From: an uncultured archaeon
GTDB taxonomy: Archaea; Altiarchaeota; Altiarchaeia; IMC4; SCGC-AAA252-I15
Direction of reading: 5' to 3'
Length of the DNA: 49,274 nucleotides
NCBI GenBank assembly: GCA_902384455.1
Contig: CABMCB010000053.1
Coordinates: 1-49,274 of the forward strand
Shown: positions 39,403 through 48,711 of the stretch, one piece after another
Layout of the letters: each line of letters begins with the position of its first letter
How positions within the stretch are numbered: position 1 is the first letter of the stretch
Notes under the pieces: generated by a model
The model's input: only the letters and a program-made list of their open reading frames with translations
The model's database searches: none
Told to the model about the DNA's origin: nothing
Translations under genes and position numbers: made by a program

Positions 39403-40440
39403 TTAAATCCGCTTGTCTGAGTCGAGGATTTTCCGGTAGAGCACAAGCCACCAGGGGAATATGTTTCCCCAGTCGTGTGCTTCCGATTCTGCGCGGGCTT
39501 CAATTGATATTCTGGCCGCCTTTGAGTTGTCTGATATGATGCGGTCTACTGCGTCAGCGATTTCTTTTGGCTTTGCGGTTTGCGTGAGTATTCCGGTTAT
39601 GCCGTTTTTTATTGGTGCTTCTTTGTCCCATGCGTTTACTGCGATGACGATGGCGCCTGATGATTGCGCTTCAATGAAGCTTACGGGTCTGTTGTCGTAT
39701 TTGACTGCAGACAGGAGTATGTTGTGGTTGGCGTATAGTTCGTTTATTTTAGATGGGGAAACAGGCCCCGTGAATTCTACGTTCCCCAACAGGTTCAGCG
39801 ACGTCACCTTTTCTTTTAGGCGCTTGCTTTCAGGGCCGTCTCCCGCTATTGTAAGGCGGGTTGCGGGGTATTTTTGGCGCAGTATGTCTGTTGCTTCGAT
39901 TAGAACGTCGGTGTTGTAGTGTGGGTATAGGGGGCGCGCCGAAAGCATTTGAGGGACGGTAAAGTCTTTTTCTTTGTAGGGAAATTTTGATGTGAACAGG
40001 CCGTTGACTATCAGTTCCGGCTTGTATCCTTTTTCTTCGAACTGTTTTTTGACTGCCGGCGAAGGCGTTACTATTGCCGCCGCGCGGGATAGCATCATTT
40101 TTCCTCCGGCAACATTCATCAAGTCGTTGGCGTTTCCCCCGTGATAATGCAAGATGAATGGTTTATGTAATATTACGGCCGCAACCGCGGGAGGTAGCGA
40201 CCATAATGCCGCCTTCTTTGATGCCACGTGCAGGTGGACGATGTTTGACTTGGCGACAGTCAATAATGATTGTAGGGTGTAGTTCGGCGCGGAGAGCTTG
40301 CTTGTCGGATAACTTAATCGGACTGCTCTGAATCCGTTCCCTTCAAAAAGTTCTGCGAGCTCATTTGCCACTGTCGCCATGCCTCCGGTCACGGGAGGAA
40401 ACCAGCTTGCAGAACACACTATGGGGGAGGATTCCACCAT
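39403..40440 (-). CDS. Glycosyltransferase family 4
   Basis: FPPVTGG, IAGDGP, DNRPVSFIEAQSSG. Confidence 0.85.
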   Translation of the reverse strand: MVESSPIVCSASWFPPVTGGMATVANELAELFEGNGFRAVRLSYPTSKLSAPNYTLQSLLTVAKSNIVHLHVASKKAALWSLPPAVAAVILHKPFILHYHGGNANDLMNVAGGKMMLSRAAAIVTPSPAVKKQFEEKGYKPELIVNGLFTSKFPYKEKDFTVPQMLSARPLYPHYNTDVLIEATDILRQKYPATRLTIAGDGPESKRLKEKVTSLNLLGNVEFTGPVSPSKINELYANHNILLSAVKYDNRPVSFIEAQSSGAIVIAVNAWDKEAPIKNGITGILTQTAKPKEIADAVDRIISDNSKAARISIEARAESEAHDWGNIFPWWLVLYRKILDSDKRI

Positions 40441-40479
40441 GAGGGGTATTTATTCGACCCCCCTAAATAGGGGTGAGAC

Positions 40480-41694
40480 ATGCGGATTACATGGGTGACT
40501 GGACACTATCCTCCGGACGTTGGAGCCGCCTCAAACAGGTGCGCAGACTTCACCCGCATCTGGGCAAACTTGGGCCATGAAGTCACCGTAATAGCGCCAC
40601 CCCCCGTTTACCACAAGGAAACTTCTGAGTCAAATGGACTTTGGAAGTGGGAGCAAGACGGAAAAATCCGCGTGCTTAGGGCATTCAAGCCCGCCTCAGA
40701 CTACTTGTTCATAAACCGCGCCGTATCCGAGGCAGCGTACGCCGCGATGGTTGCGGCCTCGACTTTCCGTATGACCCGGCAGGATGTTGTAATCGCTTCT
40801 TCGCCGCCTTTTCCAGCGGCGTTTGCTGCGTTTTTTCTTGCTCGGCTTAAGGGTGCGCGCTTTGTTTTTGACGTGAGGGACTTGTATCCCGAATCAGCTG
40901 AAGCGGTCGGCGCAATCAAAAGCGACTTGATTATCGCAATGCTCCGCTACTTGGAGGGCTGGATTTATAGGCGCGCATACCTCATCGCAGGAACTTCCCA
41001 GGCGTACGAAGAGCACGTCAAAAAGTCCGGCGGAAAAGACGTAGCGTTCGAATACATTCCAAACGGAGTGTGGCCTCCAGTTAGGAATCCGCCTAAGCAC
41101 GGGGGCGAGCTCTTCAGGAAGAAGGTTTCTGCGGGCGGGTGTTTTCTTGTGGTTTATGTTGGGAATGTTGGTTATGCTCATGGTCTTGATGTGGTTTTGA
41201 GGGCGGCGAAGAAAACGGGCGGCAATGTTCTTTTCGCCGTTGTGGGGGATGGGCCGCGTCGCGCCGAGATTGAGGATTTGGCGCCGGATAATGTGGTTTT
41301 TGTTTCAAAGAAGCCGCGCAGGGATTTGGGCGAGGTGTTTGCTGGCGCGGACTTGGTGCTTGCCACTCAAGAAAGCGATGCGGCGTTCAAAAAGGTTCTT
41401 TTGAGGAAGGTTTTGGACGGGTGGGCTGAGGGGAAGGCCGTAGTCGCTTCTGCCGCGGGTGAGACTGCGCACGTCATTGAAGAATCAGGCGGAGGCATAG
41501 CAACTTCCCCGCAGGATGCTTCGGCGCTTGCTAAATCAATACTTCGCCTTAAGGCTAATCCTTCTCTCGCCCGCGAAATGGGACGGCGCGGACGACTCTA
41601 CGTCAAGGAGCACCATAACACCGAGAAGCTGGCTAAGAAGTACCTCCAGCTGCTTATCAAAGGCCCCCGGAAGCGTATGCGACTCGGTTTATAG
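40480..41694 (+). CDS. Glycosyltransferase family 4 (WbuB-like)
   Basis: HYPPDVGA, SSPP, DVRDLYPE, YVGNVGYAHGL, VGDG. Confidence 0.87.
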   Translation: MRITWVTGHYPPDVGAASNRCADFTRIWANLGHEVTVIAPPPVYHKETSESNGLWKWEQDGKIRVLRAFKPASDYLFINRAVSEAAYAAMVAASTFRMTRQDVVIASSPPFPAAFAAFFLARLKGARFVFDVRDLYPESAEAVGAIKSDLIIAMLRYLEGWIYRRAYLIAGTSQAYEEHVKKSGGKDVAFEYIPNGVWPPVRNPPKHGGELFRKKVSAGGCFLVVYVGNVGYAHGLDVVLRAAKKTGGNVLFAVVGDGPRRAEIEDLAPDNVVFVSKKPRRDLGEVFAGADLVLATQESDAAFKKVLLRKVLDGWAEGKAVVASAAGETAHVIEESGGGIATSPQDASALAKSILRLKANPSLAREMGRRGRLYVKEHHNTEKLAKKYLQLLIKGPRKRMRLGL

Positions 41695-41719
41695 GATAAA
41701 CTTCATATAGGTTTCTACG

Positions 41720-42697
41720 ATGGAGCTACCGTGGACTGAAAAGTACAGGCCGAAAAAGCTTTCTGATATGGTGGGGCAGGAGGCGGTTGTGGAGCGCCTC
41801 CAGGCGTATGTTGAAAAAAAGAGTATGCCGCACCTTCTTTTCGCTGGCCCCGCAGGAACCGGCAAGACGACCGCCGCGATATGCCTGGCGAACGCTTTCC
41901 TGGGTGACATTCACCACGACTTCCTTGAGTTGAACGCAAGCGACGAACGAGGCATAGACGTGATGCGCACCAAAAGCCAGCAGAGAAACGAAGCCACAAG
42001 CCTCAAAGACTTCGCACGCACCCGCCCCATAAGCGGAGACTTCAAGATAGTGTTCCTCGACGAAGCGGACGCGTTGACGTCCGACGCGCAGACAGCGCTA
42101 AGGCGTACGATGGAAAGCTACACCACCACATGCCGCTTCATCCTCAGCTGCAACTACTCAAGCAAAATAATCGAGCCGATACAAAGCCGCTGCGCAGTAT
42201 TCAGGTTCAAGCGCATAAGCCGCGAAGACATCAAGAAACGCCTCCTCTACATCTGCAAGCACGAAAACGTCGCCCACACAGAAGAAGGAATAAACGCCAT
42301 AATATACGTCTCAGAAGGCGATGTCCGCCACTCAATAAACATACTCCAAAGCGCAGCGTCACTAGGGAAAGTCGACGAACAAAACGTCTACCAAATCACA
42401 TCCCGCGCCCGCCCAGACGACGTCAAAAACGTCCTCGAACTCGCGTTAGCCGGAAAATTCCTTGACGCAAGAAACCTGCTTGACAAACTAATGATAAACC
42501 ACGGCCTCTCCGGAGAAGACATACTCCTCCAGATGAATAGGGAAGCAATGAGCCTGGAAGGAGTCCCAGACGTAACCAAGGTGGGAGTAATAGACCTCGT
42601 CGGAGAAGCAAACTTCGCACTCGTAGAAGGCGCAAACGAACGCATACAAATCGAAGCGCTCATTGCCCGCCTAATGCTTCTTACGAAAAAACACTAA
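41720..42697 (+). CDS. rfcS: Replication factor C small subunit (no intein)
   Basis: WTEKYRP, GPAGTGKT, LELNASDERGID, LDEAD, IQSRC. Confidence 0.97.
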   Translation: MELPWTEKYRPKKLSDMVGQEAVVERLQAYVEKKSMPHLLFAGPAGTGKTTAAICLANAFLGDIHHDFLELNASDERGIDVMRTKSQQRNEATSLKDFARTRPISGDFKIVFLDEADALTSDAQTALRRTMESYTTTCRFILSCNYSSKIIEPIQSRCAVFRFKRISREDIKKRLLYICKHENVAHTEEGINAIIYVSEGDVRHSINILQSAASLGKVDEQNVYQITSRARPDDVKNVLELALAGKFLDARNLLDKLMINHGLSGEDILLQMNREAMSLEGVPDVTKVGVIDLVGEANFALVEGANERIQIEALIARLMLLTKKH

Positions 42698-42719
42698 GAG
42701 AAACAGCAAGGTTGACTAA

Positions 42720-43997
42720 GTGACAGAAAGACTTTTCGGAACATCCGGCATACGCAGAAAAGTAACGGAATTCCCACCCGACTTCGCCAAAAAACTAGGG
42801 CAAGCAGTCGGCACAATAACCCAAGACCAGGAAGTCGCAGTAGGCCGAGACACACGCGCAAGCGGCCCCACGTTGATGAAGGAGGCCGTTGAAGGATTGG
42901 CTTCGACTGGAAGGATTGTTGTGGACTGCGGGATGGTTCCGACACCTACTTTGGGCGTTGCTGCCGCCAGGTACGGTACGGCTGTGATGGTTACGGCAAG
43001 CCATAATCCGGGGGACTACAACGGATTCAAAGTCTTCAACCATAAGGGCGCTTTCAGTCCGATTGAGGAGGATGAAGTACAGCGTGTGCTTGAGGACGGG
43101 AGATTCAAGAAAGGCAAAGTCCGTCCGATACGAAAGGAAGATTTCATCGAAGAACACATTCAGCTAATTCTCAAGCGCGTTCCTAAAGCAGACGGCGTCC
43201 GAGTTCTTTTGGATTGCGCGGGAGGCGCAGGAAGCGCGGTGACCCCGAAACTTCTTGAGCAGATGGGCTGCGAAGTAACAGTCATAAACGACAACACCGA
43301 CGGCAAATTCCCTCACCCCCTGGAACCCACCGCGGAAAACCTAGCCCAAACCAGCCGGAAAATGATAGACGGAAACTACGACGTAGGATTCGCCCACGAC
43401 GGAGACGCAGACAGAACAGCATGCCTATCATCAGACGGACGACTTGTAGAGTGGGACAGCTTCCTTGCGGCGCTCGCATACGAGATGGACGTCGTCGTCA
43501 CAACAGTGGACGCCAGCATGCGCATTGAAGACGTCGCAAAAAAAGTCATCCGAACCAAAGTAGGCGACGTAGCGGTAGCAGACGCCATACGCAAAAACGG
43601 CGCCCAATTCGGAGGAGAACCCAGCGGAAGCTTCATATTCCCAGACATACACTACTACCCCGACGGACCAGCAGCAGCAGCCAAAGCAGCCGCAATGGCC
43701 GCGGAAGGCCGCCTTTATGATGCTCTTGCGAGAATAAGGTCTTATCCTATGGCGCGGCTTAAGTTGCCCTGCGTTGAGGCGAAAAAGAGTAAGGTGATGG
43801 AGAAGCTGCCGTCTGTTCTTTCGGAAAAATATTCGACCGTGGACGGAGTACGTATTGAAAGAGCAGACGGGTGGGTGCTTGTGCGGCCTTCGGGTACTGA
43901 GCCTTTCATGCGCATCACTGCTGAAGGGAGAACTCAGGAGGCGTTGGATAAGATGGTTTATGACGCTAGAGGATGGTTGAAGAAGGCGGGACTTTAG
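42720..43997 (+). CDS. glmM: Phosphohexomutase (phosphoglucosamine mutase/PMM-PGM family)
   Basis: LFGTSGIR, TASHNP, DGDADR, GGEPSG, RPSGTEP; exact substrate not determinable. Confidence 0.85.
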   Translation: MTERLFGTSGIRRKVTEFPPDFAKKLGQAVGTITQDQEVAVGRDTRASGPTLMKEAVEGLASTGRIVVDCGMVPTPTLGVAAARYGTAVMVTASHNPGDYNGFKVFNHKGAFSPIEEDEVQRVLEDGRFKKGKVRPIRKEDFIEEHIQLILKRVPKADGVRVLLDCAGGAGSAVTPKLLEQMGCEVTVINDNTDGKFPHPLEPTAENLAQTSRKMIDGNYDVGFAHDGDADRTACLSSDGRLVEWDSFLAALAYEMDVVVTTVDASMRIEDVAKKVIRTKVGDVAVADAIRKNGAQFGGEPSGSFIFPDIHYYPDGPAAAAKAAAMAAEGRLYDALARIRSYPMARLKLPCVEAKKSKVMEKLPSVLSEKYSTVDGVRIERADGWVLVRPSGTEPFMRITAEGRTQEALDKMVYDARGWLKKAGL

Positions 43998-43999
43998 GG

Positions 44000-44428
44000 T
44001 TATAAGTCCAATAGCACAGTAGCTTCGTATCCTCCGTCTTGTGTTTCGTTTAGTGCTAGTCCGTGGTGCGTCACCGCTTTGATTTCTGTTCCTATCCCGT
44101 GTTTGGCTGGGACGTGCGGTTCGCCTTTGGCTGTCGCTTCAAGGACGTACTTGTCTTTGTCTTCTTTCACTTTCACTGTGAATGTTGCCGGGACAAATCC
44201 GTCTTCCATAAGGAGTATTATGTCCATTAGGAATGCGATGAGCAGAAGCTGCGGCTCCCATGCGGAAAGCTTTATTGTTCGGGCTTCCTTGGCTTCTGCC
44301 TTAACGTCCCCGTATGCGACGGCAAGCACCGCCGAAGCGGCGGCTGAGAAGCATTCCCCAATTGATGGGCCCCACGCGTGGACTTTGACGTCTGCGGTGT
44401 GGTCCAAAAGTTCGAAGCCCGCCTCCAT
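44000..44428 (-). CDS. Archease
   Basis: LDHTADV, EIKAVTHH, terminal LDL. Confidence 0.93.
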   Translation of the reverse strand: MEAGFELLDHTADVKVHAWGPSIGECFSAAASAVLAVAYGDVKAEAKEARTIKLSAWEPQLLLIAFLMDIILLMEDGFVPATFTVKVKEDKDKYVLEATAKGEPHVPAKHGIGTEIKAVTHHGLALNETQDGGYEATVLLDL

Positions 44429-44470
44429 TAAGGAGAAATAAGCGGCGCGATATAAAAGAGCCTTTTTGAA

Positions 44471-44662
44471 TCAAGCTGCGTCTTTGTCTAAGACGCTGAT
44501 TATCTGCGTTTTCACGGGCGTCTTGCCTCCCGTGGGTTCGGCGATAATCTTTTCGCAGGCCAGGCACTTGACTTTGGTCGCCACCGACCCGAAAATAACC
44601 TGTTCGTTCCCGCAGTCATTGCATTTGACGCGCAGGAAGTGGCTGCGAGTGTTGTTGGTCAT
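44471..44662 (-). CDS. rps27e: 30S ribosomal protein S27e (eS27)
   Basis: FLRVKCNDCGNEQVIF, CLAC, PTGGK. Confidence 0.96.
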   Translation of the reverse strand: MTNNTRSHFLRVKCNDCGNEQVIFGSVATKVKCLACEKIIAEPTGGKTPVKTQIISVLDKDAA

Positions 44663-44943
44663 GAAGTCACCTCAATCGGTTTTTTGGTTCTTGCTTCGAA
44701 TATGCGCTGGTGCTTCTTCTTGCAGTTGGAGCACTCAAGTATTAGAACAGTCCGCTTCCCCACCTTATACACCGGCTTCTTAGGGGTCCTGGGGCTTCCA
44801 CCGTACCCCTTCTTGACTTCGGTGTATTTTCTTCGGCCTCTGCTTAACGTTGATTCTTTGCCTTTCCTGTTGATTCTGACGTTGTGTATGACGTGCTTAT
44901 GGCATGACGGGCAGTTGGCCGTGATTTTGTCTGGGATTTTCAT
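44659..44943 (-). CDS. rpl44e: 50S ribosomal protein L44e (eL42)
   Basis: CPSCHKH, GYGGSP, LECSNCKK. Confidence 0.95.
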   Translation of the reverse strand: MKIPDKITANCPSCHKHVIHNVRINRKGKESTLSRGRRKYTEVKKGYGGSPRTPKKPVYKVGKRTVLILECSNCKKKHQRIFEARTKKPIEVTS

Positions 44944-44991
44944 TGTGTTACGTGAGGAAATACGTGGAAAGAGATAGGGTAGTTCGAGTAT

Positions 44992-45513
44992 TTAAATGGT
45001 TGAGGGCACCGGGTTATGGGCTTCCGCAGCCCCTTTAGACAGAAGTAAGGCGGCGATGGACTCCGGAAGGCTTGCCACGTCTCCTTCCTTGTAGGGGCCG
45101 TATGTTTGTTCTTCGTCTGCGACTTCGGGCAGAGGCCGTATTATTTTGACTGAGACGTTTATTTTGGGTCTTGCCGGTTCGGGGGTCTTGGAACGGGCTG
45201 AGGGCATGGACGGCGCAAGGATTCTTTTTCTGTGCGTGGATAACAAAGCGTACGCGTTTTTCAGCAGTTCCTCCTCGTCTTTAAGGAGGTTTTCCGGCGT
45301 TTTCTCGTCCGTCCTTAATGCGGCCAGAAGTATTTTGTGTTGGCGGCGGCTTACTACGTCTGCGGCGAGTTTTTTTATGTGTTCGCGGTGGCGTTCTTCG
45401 CTTTCAGCCAGCAGCACTGTGATGCTTCTGTAGAAGTCGTCGGGCAGCCTTTGGAGTACGGGCGTCTTTCTTTCGCGGTGGTATATGCTTTGGAGTTCTT
45501 GGTATGACAGCAT
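44992..45513 (-). CDS. DNA replication complex GINS subunit (Gins51-like)
   Basis: ER...LQRLPDDFY, RRQHKI, YGPYKEGDVASLPESIAALL; conserved position upstream of L44e. Confidence 0.85.
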   Translation of the reverse strand: MLSYQELQSIYHRERKTPVLQRLPDDFYRSITVLLAESEERHREHIKKLAADVVSRRQHKILLAALRTDEKTPENLLKDEEELLKNAYALLSTHRKRILAPSMPSARSKTPEPARPKINVSVKIIRPLPEVADEEQTYGPYKEGDVASLPESIAALLLSKGAAEAHNPVPSTI

Positions 45514-45514
45514 T

Positions 45515-46945
45515 TTACACGTAGCTTTCGCCCATTTTTCCGTACTCTGGGCTTATGATTTTGTCGCGTTCGATACCTCTTAGGACGCTTCCGTAGCGTT
45601 CCTGAAGCTGGTACTCAATCGGCTTACTTTCTTCTATCGCGCGTTTTATTAAATCTTTTGTTATTAGTTTGAGGCCGTCTTCTACCGCCATGTCGCCTGC
45701 TGTTCTTATTACTCCGCCTAAATCCCTAAGTCTTAGTGTTAGTGCTCCGCGTGCGTCGTCTATTACTTTTGCTCGGCGGCGTGCTTCTTCCATTAGGGTG
45801 TAGACTGCTTCTGAGTCTGCGTGGGGTATTTTTGTGTCTTTGACTATTTCTTGGGCGACGAATCGGGCGATTAGTCTTTGGTTTTCTTCGGTGTCTGGCA
45901 TTGTTGTCTCAAGGAGGATTTCGTAGCCGTTTCCTAGTATGCGGCTTCGAAGTGGAGAGAGTATGTCTTGCACGTCCCTTATGTTGCAGGCGCCAACGAA
46001 CAGGAAGTCGCAGGGGACGTCTTCGACTCTGACGCTTGCTCCTGCGCTCTGGGGGTTTCTGCCTGTTATTGTGAATTTTTTCTCCTGCATCGCAGTGAGT
46101 ATGAAGTTTTGCAGGTGCTCAAGGTGAGGTAGCTCGTCGATGAAGAGCACTCCTTCATGCGCGTCGTGTATTGCGCCTGGCACCACACGCAAGTACGGCG
46201 GAGTCCCAATGTCAGGGTGGCTGCCGTAGGGGTCGTGGCGGACGTCTCCAAGCAACTCGGTTTCAGATGCGCCGGTAGCATGGACGAACGTCTTCCTCTT
46301 TAATGGAACAAGAGCTATCCTCTGCGGAAAATCAGACCTGCCTCTTCTAAGACCCTGCTCGGGCGCGTTCCCGCCCAAAACTATTCCATCCTCACTTCGT
46401 CGGTAAGTAACACCCTCCTCAGTCCCAAGCCGGCTGAACCGAGTGGTCGTAATCTCCTTCTGAGGAGAAAAACGCCTATACTTATCGGCCTTACAAACAG
46501 GACAAACTTTGACTTCAGGCATGCTCACCGCCGCGCACGCGCTGCATTTGAAACCCAACTTTTCTGCCACATACGCAGGCACCTGATTAGGATGAACCTT
46601 CTTCTGGGCAACCGCGTCCTCACGAACCACTTCAGCCAGAGGCCTCTGGGGGTTCTGCGGGTTGTTGACTACGTCAATCTGCTGTGTGGGAGGCGGCATA
46701 TGCGCCGACATAGCCTGCGCAATCATGCTTTTGCCTATTCCCGGCGGCCCCACAAGAAGGAGATTCCTTCGCTGCTTCAAGGCTATTTTAGCCCTCCTCA
46801 CGGCGACAGGCTGACCAATCACCTGGTCCATCATGTCCTTGGGAACTTTGATTTCGCTGGTTAAGTTGAAGTCCAATATGTCGCGGCCTTTCACCGTCTT
46901 TTTGCCGGCTTCGATTTGAGTGCGCTTTGGGGTGGACTTGGTCAT
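45515..46945 (-). CDS. LonB-like AAA+ ATPase lacking the protease domain and TM anchor, with Zn-ribbon insert
   Basis: DQVIGQ, GPPGIGKS, LLGDVRHDPY, PGAIHDAHEGVLFIDE, PLRSRILGNGYE, LRLRDLGG; ends right after the ATPase lid. Confidence 0.85.
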   Translation of the reverse strand: MTKSTPKRTQIEAGKKTVKGRDILDFNLTSEIKVPKDMMDQVIGQPVAVRRAKIALKQRRNLLLVGPPGIGKSMIAQAMSAHMPPPTQQIDVVNNPQNPQRPLAEVVREDAVAQKKVHPNQVPAYVAEKLGFKCSACAAVSMPEVKVCPVCKADKYRRFSPQKEITTTRFSRLGTEEGVTYRRSEDGIVLGGNAPEQGLRRGRSDFPQRIALVPLKRKTFVHATGASETELLGDVRHDPYGSHPDIGTPPYLRVVPGAIHDAHEGVLFIDELPHLEHLQNFILTAMQEKKFTITGRNPQSAGASVRVEDVPCDFLFVGACNIRDVQDILSPLRSRILGNGYEILLETTMPDTEENQRLIARFVAQEIVKDTKIPHADSEAVYTLMEEARRRAKVIDDARGALTLRLRDLGGVIRTAGDMAVEDGLKLITKDLIKRAIEESKPIEYQLQERYGSVLRGIERDKIISPEYGKMGESYV

Positions 46946-47061
46946 TTACGTTTTATGATGAGAGTTTAGGGGTAATTAAGCCCAACGGTTTCTTTTGCAG
47001 AAAGGATTTGTTTTGCGCCGCTTTTGCGTCTGCCATTTAGAAGTGCGATTTCACCCTATCC

Positions 47062-47442
47062 TTAGCGGAACGTCCAGAGTTTGTTCCCTATGAAGTTGAC
47101 TATTGTGGCGGCGATTATTGCGGTGAAATTGGCGGCAGGCTCCCAGACGCTAAAGTGCTCCACGAGGATTACGAGCACCGGTATGCGCACCACCAGCGCC
47201 AGAAGGCTTATAGAAGCGAACTGGACAAACTGTTTTTTGGAGTAAGGGGTGCCGTCCGTGAACGTCCAGCGTTTGTTCAGCACATAGTTGTTGACTACGG
47301 CCACTGAGAATGATAGTATGGAGGATAGTATGTAGTGTATGTGCAGTAGTTGGTTTAGGATGGTGAATATGCTTAGGTCGATTATTGTGCCGACTCCTCC
47401 GACGGCGCAGAATAGGATGAATTGTTTTTTTGTTGACGCCAT
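47062..47442 (-). CDS. GtrA family membrane protein
   Basis: FCAVGGVGTIID, NNYVLNKRWTF, NFIGNKLWTF. Confidence 0.88.
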   Translation of the reverse strand: MASTKKQFILFCAVGGVGTIIDLSIFTILNQLLHIHYILSSILSFSVAVVNNYVLNKRWTFTDGTPYSKKQFVQFASISLLALVVRIPVLVILVEHFSVWEPAANFTAIIAATIVNFIGNKLWTFR

Positions 47443-47451
47443 GTTATAATC

Positions 47452-48408
47452 TCACTGTTTTTTGTCCTGCTGCGCCGTGTTTTGTGGGGGGTGTTGTTTT
47501 TCGGGTTTTTTTGCCGCGATGTCTTGCGTGTCCTTTTCAATGTCTTCAATCTCGTTTTCCGCCGGTTCCGGCAGGGACATGATGTCTGCCGGCGGCAGCT
47601 CGTCTTCTTCGTCTGGCGGCACGTCGATGAGGTAAGTGTCCTTGAGTTGTTCCCGGATGTCTTTGGCTTTCTTGAGTATGTCCGGCTGGAACTTTAGGTT
47701 GTTGGACCGCTCGTACATTAATGCGGCTGAAACAAGGTCTCCGGCCTGTTCGTGGACGGACCCCATTATCTTGTATATTTCTGGGTTTCGGGGGTCGGAG
47801 TGCAAAGCTCTCTCCAGGTCTGCTTCCGCTTCGTCCGTTTTCCCGTGCATAGCGTAAGCAAGGCCCCGTTGAGTATATGCTTCCGTCGAGTCTGGCGAAA
47901 TATCAATAGCCCGGCTGTAGTATTCTATTGCGGAATCGTATTCTTCCTCCAGTGAGAGGCAGTATCCCAGAAGCAGGAGTGCTTCGAAGTCTTCGGGTTT
48001 GTGCTTCAGGTACTCCTGGTAGGCAGGTATTGCTTCTTCGTAGTTTTCGCTAAGGCGCAACGCGTCGCCTATTAGCCAGTGCAGCGTCGTTAGGTTCGGG
48101 TTTTTTGCGAGGGCTTTCTTGAAGTTTTCGATTGCCGCAGGGTATTCTTTTTTTTCGAGCTGTATTAGGCCGAGCATGTAGTGCGCTTTTGCTGGTGCGT
48201 CTGATTTTGACGCGCTTTTTTCTAAGTGGTCTTCTGCTTCTGCTGGGCGGTTAAGCGCTATGAGGGTTTTTCCTGCGCCAAGTGATGCTTCGGCGGTATT
48301 TGGCTGTTTTTGGATGGCGAGAAGGTAGTTGGTCAGTGCTTTTTCGTAGTTTTTTTTGCGGTAGCTATCGTCGGCTTCCGCAAGCAGAGTTTGGGTTTCT
48401 TTGTCCAA
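47452..48408 (-). CDS. Tetratricopeptide-repeat protein with acidic tail
   Basis: About 7 TPR-like units (e.g. AHYMLGLIQLEKKEYPAAIENFKKALAKNP). Confidence 0.85.
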   Translation of the reverse strand: MDKETQTLLAEADDSYRKKNYEKALTNYLLAIQKQPNTAEASLGAGKTLIALNRPAEAEDHLEKSASKSDAPAKAHYMLGLIQLEKKEYPAAIENFKKALAKNPNLTTLHWLIGDALRLSENYEEAIPAYQEYLKHKPEDFEALLLLGYCLSLEEEYDSAIEYYSRAIDISPDSTEAYTQRGLAYAMHGKTDEAEADLERALHSDPRNPEIYKIMGSVHEQAGDLVSAALMYERSNNLKFQPDILKKAKDIREQLKDTYLIDVPPDEEDELPPADIMSLPEPAENEIEDIEKDTQDIAAKKPEKQHPPQNTAQQDKKQ

Positions 48409-48450
48409 TGGTTTACCCTGTTGAGGTCGTGGTTTATTTTTTTTGCGGCT

Positions 48451-48651
48451 TTAGGGTTCTTCGTCTGCCCAAACCAGGCGTGCGTCTTCTTCTTCCGGGT
48501 TTTTGACCAGGAGTTCTTTTTGGCGCTCTATTTTTTTGTCTCTGCGCTGCATGCGGGCTTGGCTTTGGTTTCTGCTTTTTTTGCACAGTTCGCATACGCC
48601 TTGCGGGTTTGGGGTCGGCATGCCGCATATACCGCAGTTTATGAGGTACAT
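48451..48651 (-). CDS. Small putative zinc-finger protein
   Basis: CGIC-x10-CELC followed by a charged helix. Confidence 0.5.
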   Translation of the reverse strand: MYLINCGICGMPTPNPQGVCELCKKSRNQSQARMQRRDKKIERQKELLVKNPEEEDARLVWADEEP

Positions 48652-48711
48652 TGCGGTTTAAGGATGGTCGCTGTTGTTTATAAGGGTGCGTTGCGGGAAT
48701 ATAATAGGATT

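Noticed and set aside
41720-46945. Inteins in RFC or the Lon-like ATPase
   Set aside because: RFC is normal length, and neither protein has C...HN splice junctions
48310-48711. N-terminal 134 aa of the 306-aa ORF
   Set aside because: Antisense to the TPR and Zn-finger genes; a signal peptide starts at ATG 48712
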